Source: Nitrospira japonica
Lineage (GTDB): Bacteria; Nitrospirota; Thermodesulfovibrionia; Thermodesulfovibrionales; SM23-35
NCBI GenBank assembly: GCA_020725385.1
Contig: DYFC01000064.1
Coordinates: forward strand, 1 to 41,664
DNA: 41,664 nucleotides
Reading direction: 5' to 3'
The notes under the pieces are model-generated. The model searched no databases and had not been told where the DNA came from. It saw nothing but the letters and a program-made list of their open reading frames with translations. Below are positions 28,553 to 38,482 of the stretch, piece after piece. Both the position numbers and the translations under genes were made by a program. How positions within the stretch are numbered: the first letter of the stretch is position 1; every line of letters starts with the position of its first letter.

Positions 28553-28601
28553 GTAACCCTAAAAACATATTATTCAGCAATGTCTATATTATTTACGTTA
28601 A
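28553..28601 (+). mobile_element. Minimal remnant of the TTAA MITE family
   Basis: Right end AGCAATGTCTATATTATTTACGTTAA resembles AGCAATGTCTGCATTATTTGGGTTAA at the window end. Confidence 0.5.
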
Positions 28602-29524
28602 AAAACTGTCACCCCGTCGATTCTTTTAAGCCCTGCCTTTATCGCAAAATTTAACGCCTCTTCATATTCATTTTTCGTAATTCTTCTGTTTAGAGGCGGG
28701 TAATCAAAAGCTTTAAAGCATGGATGATATTGATCCATAATATTAATGTAAGTATTGATCGAAATTTCATTGGCAATAAAATTCACAATATCCTCTGTAC
28801 CTGCGATTCGTTCGGGTAAAACTAAATGTCTAACGAGTAATCCCCGATGTGCTATACCATATTTATCTATAATTAAATCACCTACCTGCCTGTGCATTTC
28901 TTTTAATATTATTTTTGCATTTTCAGGATAATTTTTAGCCTTTGAATACCTTTCAGCCATCGACGGGTCCCAATACTTGAAATCAGGCATATAAATATCA
29001 ATAACACCATCAAGTAATTGAATTGCATGAATAGATTCATAACCCCCGCAGTTATAAACTATCGGTATTTTAAGTCCTTTCTTAGATGCAATTAAAATAG
29101 ATTTCAGAAGCATGGGCATCTGATGGGTAGGTGTCACAAGATTAATATTATGACAGCCCTGTTTTTGGAGTTCCATCATAATATCTGCGACTTTTTCAAA
29201 AGATGTTTCAACACCTTCACCAAGATGACTTATTGAGTAGTTCTGACAAAAAATACATCCGAGATTACAGTGTCCCATAAAAATTGTACCTGAACCAAAA
29301 CGCCCAACAAGGGGTCTTTCTTCTCCAAAATGTGGTCCGTAACTTGAGATAAAAGGTCTAATCCCGGTTTTACAGAAACCCTTCTCTCCCGATGTTCTAT
29401 CAACCCTGCATTCACGAGGACATAATGTACACTCTTTTAAGATTGAAAAAGCCTCTTCAACCTTGTCAGAAAGTATTCCCGGTGGTAATTTTAAGTATGC
29501 CGGAACAAAAGAATAATCTTCCAT
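28598..29524 (-). CDS. Radical SAM protein, PflX family
   Basis: CTLCPRECRVDR, HFGEE, CNLGCIFCQN, HNINLVTPTH, YMPDFKY. Confidence 0.9.
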   Translation of the reverse strand: MEDYSFVPAYLKLPPGILSDKVEEAFSILKECTLCPRECRVDRTSGEKGFCKTGIRPFISSYGPHFGEERPLVGRFGSGTIFMGHCNLGCIFCQNYSISHLGEGVETSFEKVADIMMELQKQGCHNINLVTPTHQMPMLLKSILIASKKGLKIPIVYNCGGYESIHAIQLLDGVIDIYMPDFKYWDPSMAERYSKAKNYPENAKIILKEMHRQVGDLIIDKYGIAHRGLLVRHLVLPERIAGTEDIVNFIANEISINTYINIMDQYHPCFKAFDYPPLNRRITKNEYEEALNFAIKAGLKRIDGVTVF

Positions 29525-29546
29525 AAAAATATATTTGAAACATCGG

Positions 29547-31199
29547 TTATCTCATAATCGCTCCACTTCCTGCAGAGCTTACAAGTTTTGCATATCGGGC
29601 AAGATAACCTTTTGTTATTTTTGGTTTAACCGGTTTCCAGTTCTTTTTTCTTTCATTTAATTCTTCATCTGTTAACATCACATCTATTTTTCTATTTGGT
29701 ATATCAATTATTATCCTATCTCCATCTTTTAATAAGCCTATTGTTCCGCCCTCCATTGCCTCTGGTGAAATGTGGCCGATACAAGGTCCCCTTGTTCCAC
29801 CGGAAAACCTTCCATCGGTTATCAAAGCAACTGAATCGCTCAATCCCATTCCGGCAATGGCTGCAGTTGGTGAAAGCATTTCTCTCATACCAGGGCCACC
29901 TTTTGGACCTTCATATCTTATAACAACAACGTCACCCGGCTTAATCTCTCCATTCATAATTGCTTTCATGCCCGATTCTTCAGAATTATATACCTTTGCA
30001 GAACCTTTAAATATCATCGTATCCTGACTCACCGCAGTCTGTTTAACAACAGCACCATCAGGAGCAAGATTACCTCTAAGTATTGCAATGCCTCCCTCTT
30101 TATGGTAAGGATCTTCTAAAGGTCTGATAACATTTTCATCAACAATTTCTGCTGAATCCGCTATTTCATATGTCTTTTTGCCACTAACAGTAATATTGTT
30201 ATATAGCTTTCTTTTCAACCTTTTCATTAAAGCAGGGATACCTCCAGCCCAATCAAGGTCTTCGAGATAATGTGTTCCGCCTGGAAGCATATTAGCTAAA
30301 TGAGGGGTTCTTTTGCTTAAAATATCAAATGTCTCAAGAGGAAGTTCAATCCCGGCGTCATGAGCAATAGCAGGTATATGGAGTGCTGTATTTGTTGAAC
30401 CACCAAGAGCAAGGTCAACCATTATGGCGTTTTCAAAAGCTTCTTTTGTCATTATTTTTCTTGAAGTAATTTTTCTCTTTATAAGTTCAATAATACGTAC
30501 TCCACTTTCAAATGCAATTCTCTTCTTGTCAGCAGATACCGCAAGCGCGGTTGCACAACGCGGAAGACTCATGCCTAATGCTTCAGTAACACATGCCATA
30601 GTATTAGCAGTGTACATTCCCTGACATGAACCGGCACCAGGGCAGGCACACATCTCAAGAGATTCAAGCTCTTTATCTTTAATTAGACCTTTTTTATATT
30701 TTCCGACTGCTTCAAATGTATCATTTACTAAAGATAGCCTTTTTCCTCTTAGATGGCCTGATAACATGGGACCTGCTGTTACTACTATCACCGGTATGTC
30801 CAGTCTTCCTGCAGCCATTAGCATGCCCGGTGTTATCTTGTCACAGTTTGTTAGCAACACGAGCCCATCAAACTGATGTGCCTGGGTGATTGACTCTACC
30901 ATGTCTGCTATCAATTCCCTTGAAGGAAGTGAATAATGCATTCCTTTATGACCCATTGCTATACCATCGCAAATTCCAGGGATACCAAAAATAAAAGGAT
31001 AGCCACCACCTGTATGAATTCCTTTTTCAATAAATCTTTCAAGGTCACGCATGCCTATATGTCCTGGTATAATGTCTGTAAAACTTGAAGCAACACCTAT
31101 AAAAGGTTTTTTCATTTCTGTTTTACATATTCCTGTTGCATAAAGAAGTGCTCTATGAGGTGCCCGCTCAAGTCCCTCTTTTATTGCTTTACTTCTCAT
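29547..31199 (-). CDS. ilvD: Dihydroxy-acid dehydratase
   Basis: [46 protein letters not shown]. Confidence 0.97.
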   Translation of the reverse strand: MRSKAIKEGLERAPHRALLYATGICKTEMKKPFIGVASSFTDIIPGHIGMRDLERFIEKGIHTGGGYPFIFGIPGICDGIAMGHKGMHYSLPSRELIADMVESITQAHQFDGLVLLTNCDKITPGMLMAAGRLDIPVIVVTAGPMLSGHLRGKRLSLVNDTFEAVGKYKKGLIKDKELESLEMCACPGAGSCQGMYTANTMACVTEALGMSLPRCATALAVSADKKRIAFESGVRIIELIKRKITSRKIMTKEAFENAIMVDLALGGSTNTALHIPAIAHDAGIELPLETFDILSKRTPHLANMLPGGTHYLEDLDWAGGIPALMKRLKRKLYNNITVSGKKTYEIADSAEIVDENVIRPLEDPYHKEGGIAILRGNLAPDGAVVKQTAVSQDTMIFKGSAKVYNSEESGMKAIMNGEIKPGDVVVIRYEGPKGGPGMREMLSPTAAIAGMGLSDSVALITDGRFSGGTRGPCIGHISPEAMEGGTIGLLKDGDRIIIDIPNRKIDVMLTDEELNERKKNWKPVKPKITKGYLARYAKLVSSAGSGAIMR

Positions 31200-31221
31200 T
31201 CTAAAAACCTCCTGTCAATAT

Positions 31222-31269
31222 AATAATCCCCTCTTGCTCTTTTTTAACAAAGAGCAAGAGGGGATTATT
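31222..31269. terminator. Perfect 21-bp-stem hairpin between ydcH and ilvD
   Basis: AATAATCCCCTCTTGCTCTTT-N6-AAAGAGCAAGAGGGGATTATT. Confidence 0.6.
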
Positions 31270-31285
31270 GTTTATTTAGTCTGTT

Positions 31286-31516
31286 CTAATTAACTGTAAC
31301 TGATTTTTTATATTCCCTTATCATTTCAGCCATACGATCTTTTCTTAAAAGTTTTAACTTCTGTATCCTTTTCCTCTCGAGTTCCTCTTCAGGAGTAAGA
31401 TAACGCTTACTGTCAATTTCAGCAAGTAAGCTATCAAGATTTCTGTGTTCTTCGCTAAGTCTTCTGAATTCCTCGTTTTCTCTTTTTAATGTTTCTGCGA
31501 TTTCCTGTTCTTTCAA
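31286..31516 (-). CDS. YdcH/DUF465 family protein
   Basis: EFRRLSEEHRNLD...KLKLLRKDRM coiled-coil pattern; SD AGGAGG. Confidence 0.88.
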   Translation of the reverse strand: MKEQEIAETLKRENEEFRRLSEEHRNLDSLLAEIDSKRYLTPEEELERKRIQKLKLLRKDRMAEMIREYKKSVTVN

Positions 31517-31591
31517 TCTGTCCTCCTTTTTAAAAAGATTTTAAAAATATAAATTAGTTCTTTGCTCTTATCAATCTAACTTGCTTTAAAA

Positions 31592-32950
31592 TTATATATC
31601 CTTAATAATCCTTTCTGCAAGTTTCGAAGAATTTTCGATACAATCATTTACTCCTATTCCCTTGAAAGCATTGCCAGTTATGTAGAACCCTTTGAAATTC
31701 TTTAATATTCTATCTATTTTTTCAAGTTTGGAATCATGATTTATAAAATATTGAGGTATCCCTTTTTTATGAATAAAAACTTTTCTTAAATCCGGATCTG
31801 CCTTAATATTCATAATCTTATTCAATTCATCCATGACAAGATTTATCTGCTTTTCTTCATCCTGTTCCGCAAGCTCGGACATGCGCGCGCCTCCAAGCAT
31901 TGTTCTTAATAGAACATAGCCTTCAGGTGCTCTATTCGGAAAGACGCTCGAATCCCATAACGTGCCAAGAATTTTTCTTCCTTCCCTGTAGGGGATAAGG
32001 AAACCAAAACCATCAAGTGGATGCTTTATCTTCTCTTTTTTAAATCCAAGACAAACAACAGATATTGAAGGATAATAAATAGTATTCAATAAATTTGATA
32101 AACTCTTGTCTAATTCTTTTGTTACTTCAGATAGGGCAAATGCAGGGATTGTACTTATAATTATTTCAGAGTCAATTTTTGAGCCATCTGATAATTGTAT
32201 GGTATATATATCATTATTTTTGTCTATTGATACTGCTTGTAACCCTGTGTGTAATCTTGAACCTAAGAAATCTGTAAGAGAATTAATAAGCGTTCCCATT
32301 CCATTATAAAAAGAAGTAAGAACACCTCCGGGACCTGCTCCAACCTTTTTACCTGTTTTTTTAACCTCTTTTTGTAATTTCATCATACCTTTGATAAGCC
32401 CGCCATAATTTTGTTCAAGATTATAAACTTTCGGAAAACAACTTTTAAGGCTCATTTTTTCCGGGTCACCTGCAAAAATACCGGATGCCATCGGGTCAAT
32501 CAATTTTTCATAAGCTTCTTTACCAAGTCTTCTTCTTGCAAAATCAGCAAGTGTCTCATCTTTATTCGAGCCTTTTGGTACAAACAATTCCCAGACGATC
32601 CTTAATCTGCCATATAAACTCAAAAGGTCTGATTTGAAAAAAGATAGCGGTGATTCAGGCAACATTTTAAGTTTGCCATCTGAAAAAATAAAACGTTTTC
32701 TTGCATTATCATTGCTTCTTAAAGGTGAAAGCCCGAGTTTACCGGAAAGTTCAAGAGTCTTTGGTCTATTGTCAAGAAAACCGTTCACTCCTCCTTCACA
32801 AATAAACCCATCAGCCTTATCTGTCCAGATCTTTCCCCCTGCTTTTTTTTCGGATTCTATTACTGTAAGGTCAATTGAAGGATCTTTCTCAAGAAGAAAA
32901 TATGCGAGTGAAAGCCCTGATATACCAGCGCCAATAATTACAATTTTCAT
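31592..32950 (-). CDS. hemY: Protoporphyrinogen/coproporphyrinogen oxidase (HemY type)
   Basis: GAGISGL, GGKI, GIFAGD, GFGFLIP, IPQY, GIGVNDCI. Confidence 0.92.
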   Translation of the reverse strand: MKIVIIGAGISGLSLAYFLLEKDPSIDLTVIESEKKAGGKIWTDKADGFICEGGVNGFLDNRPKTLELSGKLGLSPLRSNDNARKRFIFSDGKLKMLPESPLSFFKSDLLSLYGRLRIVWELFVPKGSNKDETLADFARRRLGKEAYEKLIDPMASGIFAGDPEKMSLKSCFPKVYNLEQNYGGLIKGMMKLQKEVKKTGKKVGAGPGGVLTSFYNGMGTLINSLTDFLGSRLHTGLQAVSIDKNNDIYTIQLSDGSKIDSEIIISTIPAFALSEVTKELDKSLSNLLNTIYYPSISVVCLGFKKEKIKHPLDGFGFLIPYREGRKILGTLWDSSVFPNRAPEGYVLLRTMLGGARMSELAEQDEEKQINLVMDELNKIMNIKADPDLRKVFIHKKGIPQYFINHDSKLEKIDRILKNFKGFYITGNAFKGIGVNDCIENSSKLAERIIKDI

Positions 32951-33304
32951 ATATCAAATTTTAACATAATGAACATCAATATTACAGTAATATAAAAACC
33001 TTTTTAATTTAGCTTTAGCTAAATTTTTCTTGACTTTCAAAACTATATTTATTATCTTAAATCTAATAAATATAGTGTTTTTAAAATTTTGAGCTACTTA
33101 ATAATTAAGCTTAAGATTATTTTTTAAGAGAAATATCTATAAAAGTAATTTGTGCAAATAAAATACATCAGGTTTTAATAATGAAATTTAAAGGCTATCT
33201 TAAAATGCCGGTATGAAATGATGACCGGCTAAAGGGGGTGGAAAAGCATTTGTAAAAGGTGATAGGGGAAATATAAACAATCAAATCAAAAGTAGGAGGG
33301 AAAA

Positions 33305-33673
33305 GTGTTAAAACAAAATTTAGTTAGAAATATTATTTTATTGACGATACTCGTGTTCGTTTCCTTATCTTTTGCACAGGCTGAAGATAAAACAATGGTT
33401 GGTACATTATCAGCAACCATGGATGAGAAAAATAATACTGTAACTGCTATGTTTGTAGGTTATTGTGAAGGAGAACCCGTGATAATTGGACCTTCAACAT
33501 GGTCAAGTTCGGCCGATGATTTTTCCAAAGCCAGCACCGAAGATATTGGCAATAAACTATGCGGGAGTGAAAAATCTGTAAAAAAGGTTACAAAATCAAC
33601 CAAAACAAACAAAGATGTTGTTGCAGAAATTGTAGTTACAGGCCCTAGTTCCGCTATTATTGTAGGTAGATAA
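33305..33673 (+). CDS. Small secreted hypothetical protein
   Basis: Signal peptide ending AQA, two cysteines, SD AGGAGG before GTG. Confidence 0.75.
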   Translation: MLKQNLVRNIILLTILVFVSLSFAQAEDKTMVGTLSATMDEKNNTVTAMFVGYCEGEPVIIGPSTWSSSADDFSKASTEDIGNKLCGSEKSVKKVTKSTKTNKDVVAEIVVTGPSSAIIVGR

Positions 33674-33687
33674 AAATAACTTTTTCA

Positions 33688-33716
33688 ATGCCTCTGGGAA
33701 AGACTCTCAGAGGCAT
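33688..33716 (+). terminator. Hairpin after the secreted-protein gene
   Basis: ATGCCTCTGGGA-AAGAC-TCTCAGAGGCAT; no U-tract on the + strand. Confidence 0.45.
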
Positions 33717-33741
33717 AATGAAAGGAGGGCTTCGAGTCATA

Positions 33742-34026
33742 ATGTTTAAAAAAGAGCTGCGAATGTACGAGAGAACGCCTTTTGTTGAGTCTTTAAAATA
33801 TTCTGTTGCAATAATGGATTTTAGGAGCCTGAAAAAAGTCGATGATGTTGCAGTTGTAATTGATCTGAGTGAAAAAGGCATGGGAATTTTAACAAGCCAG
33901 CCGCTTGAAGCAGGAAATGTATTAACTTTTAAAAGAAAAAACAAAACACCGACAAACACAGCTGTTGTAAAATGGGCAGATAGAATAGATGAGACAACTT
34001 ATAGAGCAGGTTTGAAATTCACTTAA
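33742..34026 (+). CDS. Stand-alone PilZ-domain protein
   Basis: RMYER and DLSEKG motifs; AVVKW...YRAGLKF end. Start moved to the ATG after GGAGG (uncertain). Confidence 0.82.
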   Translation: MFKKELRMYERTPFVESLKYSVAIMDFRSLKKVDDVAVVIDLSEKGMGILTSQPLEAGNVLTFKRKNKTPTNTAVVKWADRIDETTYRAGLKFT

Positions 34027-35120
34027 ACAAAAATTAACGGGCTGACAGAAATTTCAAGTGGCAACTTATATTTGCCGGGTTTTGCATCATCTGATAAAAT
34101 TATTCTGTATTTTAGTTTCACCATTAAAGGGTCTCTGCCATGATACGGATGTAATGTTATCGCACCTTCGGGAGTAACCTTTACCTCATGATCCAATCCT
34201 TCAATGCTGATTTCCCTGAACGGTCCGGAAAGTCCCTTAAAAACAACCATATATCCTGAGAGATTAAAATTCTGTATTTCTAACTGGGCAGCTGAAGGAA
34301 GTTCAATGTATCCACGATTTATGTCTTCCGGAGTTATCTCAAGTTCTGAAGTATGATAAATAACTTTCAAAGCTGTATGTGCATCAGTAGAACCCGAAAT
34401 TGCCACTTTATCATTCTTTGTATATTCTCCTGCATATACTTTCACAAAAGGAGCAAAAGACAAAATTAAAACCAGCATAGCTGTAATAAGTTTATTCTGT
34501 AAAGATATTATTTTAGATAAGTTTGAATATGTAATATACCCCTTTTGAACAAGAATATCACCTATATTATTTGATGAGAATTCTTTTGCTGCCAAAGCTT
34601 CTTTTAGTTGTTCATTTGTTATTAGACCCGATGAAACTAATAGCTGTCCAAGCCTTAGTTTATTAGCACTATATGGTATCTCTGATTGTTTTCTCTGAAA
34701 TAACAACACAGCATTTAATTGTTCTTCAGAAATAAACCCAAGTCCGAGCATTACCTTTCCAAGTTTTTCACCTGTTTTTTTCTGTATCCTTAATGCAGTA
34801 TCGAGTTGTTGTACAGTGATTTCCCCAGCTTGTAATAATAAATCTCCGAGTTTTTTGCGCACACCTGCCGAAAGATTCAAAGCATCTTCGATACTATTCA
34901 GATTTTTATTTATGGAAAGAACAGCTTTAAGTTCTACAGGATCAAGAACCCCCATATCTACAAGAATTTCTCCAAGCATTTTATTTGTTTCTGTCTGTCT
35001 TTCAAGGGCTCTTTTCAAAGATAACTTTGAAATAAAATTTCCAAATCGCAAGAATTGGCCGAGTTTTAATCCTTTAAAAACTTTTTCTTTAGTTGTATCT
35101 TCATATTTATTTTTTTGCAT
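34023..35120 (-). CDS. Triple-MshEN c-di-GMP receptor fused to an internal signal/TM segment and an exported beta-rich domain
   Basis: Three pairs of 24-aa xLGxxLxxxGxxxxxxLxxxLxxQ motifs with 5-aa linkers, then KLITAMLVLILSFAPFVKVYA. SD GAGGG precedes ATG 35120. Confidence 0.78.
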   Translation of the reverse strand: MQKNKYEDTTKEKVFKGLKLGQFLRFGNFISKLSLKRALERQTETNKMLGEILVDMGVLDPVELKAVLSINKNLNSIEDALNLSAGVRKKLGDLLLQAGEITVQQLDTALRIQKKTGEKLGKVMLGLGFISEEQLNAVLLFQRKQSEIPYSANKLRLGQLLVSSGLITNEQLKEALAAKEFSSNNIGDILVQKGYITYSNLSKIISLQNKLITAMLVLILSFAPFVKVYAGEYTKNDKVAISGSTDAHTALKVIYHTSELEITPEDINRGYIELPSAAQLEIQNFNLSGYMVVFKGLSGPFREISIEGLDHEVKVTPEGAITLHPYHGRDPLMVKLKYRIILSDDAKPGKYKLPLEISVSPLIFV

Positions 35121-35235
35121 ATTTTTTCCCTCAAAATATTTTTTGCAAAATATATGCCATATCATATGGCCTGAAGAAAAATACTTATTCTTGCATAGCT
35201 ACAAAAATTCCATTATAAATCAAAAAGTTTTATGC

Positions 35236-36477
35236 TTAAATACGTGAATAATTTACTCCTTTTTCAGCGCCGTCAACTCTAAATATGGAATCATAGTCAA
35301 TAATCTGTCTAATCTGTTCCATATTAATCTGGTTATAAAAGACAGGCTTTATTAATCTTCCATTACCGGGGTAATTTATAAGATACTTAACAAGGGTTTT
35401 ATCTGATAAAATCATCTTTGAGATGCAGGTATTTTTATATAGTCTTATATATGTGTTTATATTAATACTATCCGGTAATGGTCTTTTCAGATTATCAAGG
35501 TGTTGTTTTATTTCAGACTCTTTTTCATACGGGAATCCTGTTAGTAAATCAACAACTACTTTAATTCCTGCTGATTTAGCACTAAAAATGAAGCGTTCAA
35601 TATCAGACCAGTACATATCACACTTTTTATAAGTATCAACAGTTAAAGTTATTAAATAAACTCCTGTTTCCTTCATCAATTGGAAGAGTTTTTTGTTAAA
35701 GTTATCGGGCTTCATATAAACCGCCCATTTTATGTCCAGACTTTCCTTCTTCAAAGCATTACAGAAGTCTATACAATATTCGAGGTTTTCGTTGAATTCA
35801 GAGTCGCATAGATGAAAATGGTTGCATCCAATATCAACAAGCGCCTTAATTTCACTAATTACATCATTAGGGTTTTTAAAAAAAACTTTTGTATTCGCTT
35901 CAATGCAGTAACAACAGGATGAACTGCAGCCTTTATGAGTCTCAAACCCTGCAACCCCACCCTTTTCTATATATTTTTTATAATCAATTGCCGAAATTAG
36001 TCGATCAAGTATAACCATGCCCGAACATGCCGAATAAAATATCCTCGTATTTAACTCATTGTTTAAATTTGAAAGAATATAAGGAAGGTCTTTTTCAGCA
36101 GGACCGGAGACTATAAAATCAGCTTTAAGATACTCAAGAATTCCCTCTGGATCTGCAATTATTCCAGCACCGCCAACGATTATTTTTAATCCATAAGCAT
36201 GTTTGAGATAATCAATAATTATTTTTATCTCATCGAGGAAAAACTCATTGTTTAAGAAAAGTGCAGAGTCAATGTTTCTTACAGTGATGCCGGCTATATC
36301 AGGCTTGAAAGAAATTACAGCATCATCGATTTCTTTAAAGATATTTTCAGTAAAACATAGATCAACTATTTCTGTCTTATGTCCTGCAGAAATTAATGAA
36401 CCTGCAATATATTCGAGCCCTACGGGAGGGACAGGTGGATACATATATCTGTTAGGATTAATAAGCAGAACCTTCAC
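35236..36477 (-). CDS. B12-binding radical SAM protein (putative methyltransferase)
   Basis: PPVGLEY, GITVRNID, VGGAG, ETHKGCSSSCCYC, DSEFN. Confidence 0.88.
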   Translation of the reverse strand: MKVLLINPNRYMYPPVPPVGLEYIAGSLISAGHKTEIVDLCFTENIFKEIDDAVISFKPDIAGITVRNIDSALFLNNEFFLDEIKIIIDYLKHAYGLKIIVGGAGIIADPEGILEYLKADFIVSGPAEKDLPYILSNLNNELNTRIFYSACSGMVILDRLISAIDYKKYIEKGGVAGFETHKGCSSSCCYCIEANTKVFFKNPNDVISEIKALVDIGCNHFHLCDSEFNENLEYCIDFCNALKKESLDIKWAVYMKPDNFNKKLFQLMKETGVYLITLTVDTYKKCDMYWSDIERFIFSAKSAGIKVVVDLLTGFPYEKESEIKQHLDNLKRPLPDSININTYIRLYKNTCISKMILSDKTLVKYLINYPGNGRLIKPVFYNQINMEQIRQIIDYDSIFRVDGAEKGVNYSRI

Positions 36478-36480
36478 AGC

Positions 36481-38370
36481 TTAATATCTATCTTTATTCC
36501 ACATCTCTGGAGTAAATCTTACCACTCTATTTCTTCCTGTCTCTTTTGCTTTATAAAGAGCAACATCAGCAAATTTAATAGCTTCCCAAAACCCCTGTGT
36601 GTCTTTTGGCAATTCGCTTACCCCTATACTAATGGTCTTTGTTATTGTTACTCCAGCAATAGAAATCTTTGTTTGTTCCATATTTGCTTTTATTTTTTTT
36701 GCGATCTCAACAGACATATCAGGCTGAATATCAATTAGAAGAACAAGAAATTCTTCACCGCCAAATCTTATTATTAGATCAGAATTTCTTACGCTCTTTT
36801 TTATAATATCAGCTGTAATTTTAAGAACTTTATCTCCATTGTCGTGCCCGTATTTATCATTTACCTCTTTGAAAAAATCAAGATCGCACATTAAAATTCC
36901 AAGAGTTGTGTTTCTTCTTTGAATGCCCGCAACTAAACTTTCGGAAGTTTCCTCAAGAAATCTTCTGTTGTAAATATCAGTTAGCCCGTCTCTTATTGAT
37001 GTTTCTTTGAAAGCTCTCATCACCCTTTTCGCTTCTAAAACAGGCTGGGCTTCTCTTATATACTGCCTTGCTTTAAGAATTCTCTGTTTTACCTCTGCTT
37101 TTGTAACCTCGGATTTATCAAGTATTAACTGGATAACACCTCCAACCTTACCCGAGATAAATATAGGATGACATATATATATTTCATTTTCTTTTATTTT
37201 TGCATACTTACAAATATCAGGATGTTCTTCAGAGGAAATAATATGTCCTGTTCTTTTTGCCCTGCAAAGATCACAATTAATCAATATATCAGCCTTGCAA
37301 TTTATCTCTGAAACATCAACATCTTTAGGGAAAACAGTCTTTATGTTATTTTTATAAGTTGAGATCTCATACATAGTACATTTAGGAAGTCCATAATTAC
37401 CTGTTATTATTTCTCCAAGCCTGTTATAAACATCTTCAACTGTCTCATCCTCTTCTATAACTTTCTTAAAATTTGTCAAACCCTCAAGCTCTTCAATAAA
37501 CTTATTGTATTCATTTGCCAATGTTCCAAGTTCATCTTTTGAGCTTATTGATATTTCTTTTGCAAAATCCATTTTAGTTGTAAATGCCCTAAAATTTGCT
37601 GCTATCGAATTAATCGGCCTAACTAAATTTATCGATATAAGATATCCAAATATTATTGAGAGTGTTGCTCCGGTAAGAAGTGTTAACAGTATCAAAACAA
37701 AAGCAACTTTAACTCCTTTTTTGATTGCCCCTATATTCAAGTTACTTTCCTTTGACAGATTAATAGCAATTGTATCAAGTATATTTAGAGAATTTTGATT
37801 TAAGCTATTATATTCAGAAAGTTTCAACTTGAGTATGTTTGAAATTTGAAGAGGTTTTTTTATATTTTTTATTTCTTGAAGAATAGATTTTAGCTTTTGT
37901 AGATTATAAATTACTTCTTCTATTTGTTTTTTTTTCACATCACCGGTAATTTTTTTAATAGAGAATTCATTTATTAAGATATTTTCACCTGAATACTCTC
38001 TAATAACTCCGCCTTTTAACAATGTTTCGAGATTAAAAATGCATTCATCTAAAAGTTTTTCATTTCTAGATATTATTGATTCTATTTCTTTAGTATTTTT
38101 AAGAAGAATTGTATTATTAACAGAAATATTGGCATATGCTAATTTTTTAATAGTACTACTAATTGCTCTCTGATGCGGCTCATTATAATTAACTAATTTA
38201 CTTGATTCATAATTAAGATAAAACAAGAAAAAAAGCCCGATTACAGAGGTAGCAACAATCCAGAAAAGGGTTCCTGCAGAAAAAAGCATAAACTTTTTTC
38301 TGATGGGAAGATCAGTAAAAGTGAGTGTTTGCAATAAATTATTGAAAATATTTTTAATAGTTTCCTTCAT
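36481..38370 (-). CDS. Membrane diguanylate cyclase (periplasmic sensor-HAMP-GAF-like-GGDEF)
   Basis: Two TM segments, HAMP (SKDELGTLA), DGLTDIYNRR, DLDFFKEVNDKYGH, I-site RNSD, GGEEF. Confidence 0.92.
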   Translation of the reverse strand: MKETIKNIFNNLLQTLTFTDLPIRKKFMLFSAGTLFWIVATSVIGLFFLFYLNYESSKLVNYNEPHQRAISSTIKKLAYANISVNNTILLKNTKEIESIISRNEKLLDECIFNLETLLKGGVIREYSGENILINEFSIKKITGDVKKKQIEEVIYNLQKLKSILQEIKNIKKPLQISNILKLKLSEYNSLNQNSLNILDTIAINLSKESNLNIGAIKKGVKVAFVLILLTLLTGATLSIIFGYLISINLVRPINSIAANFRAFTTKMDFAKEISISSKDELGTLANEYNKFIEELEGLTNFKKVIEEDETVEDVYNRLGEIITGNYGLPKCTMYEISTYKNNIKTVFPKDVDVSEINCKADILINCDLCRAKRTGHIISSEEHPDICKYAKIKENEIYICHPIFISGKVGGVIQLILDKSEVTKAEVKQRILKARQYIREAQPVLEAKRVMRAFKETSIRDGLTDIYNRRFLEETSESLVAGIQRRNTTLGILMCDLDFFKEVNDKYGHDNGDKVLKITADIIKKSVRNSDLIIRFGGEEFLVLLIDIQPDMSVEIAKKIKANMEQTKISIAGVTITKTISIGVSELPKDTQGFWEAIKFADVALYKAKETGRNRVVRFTPEMWNKDRY

Positions 38371-38482
38371 ATTTCTGCTGTGCTTAAATGCTTGTAATTA
38401 TATTATAATGTCTTAATATATGCAATTAAATTAATTGCTAAAATATTAGGGCTTAAGAAGAAAATTGAATAACTTCGAAGAA

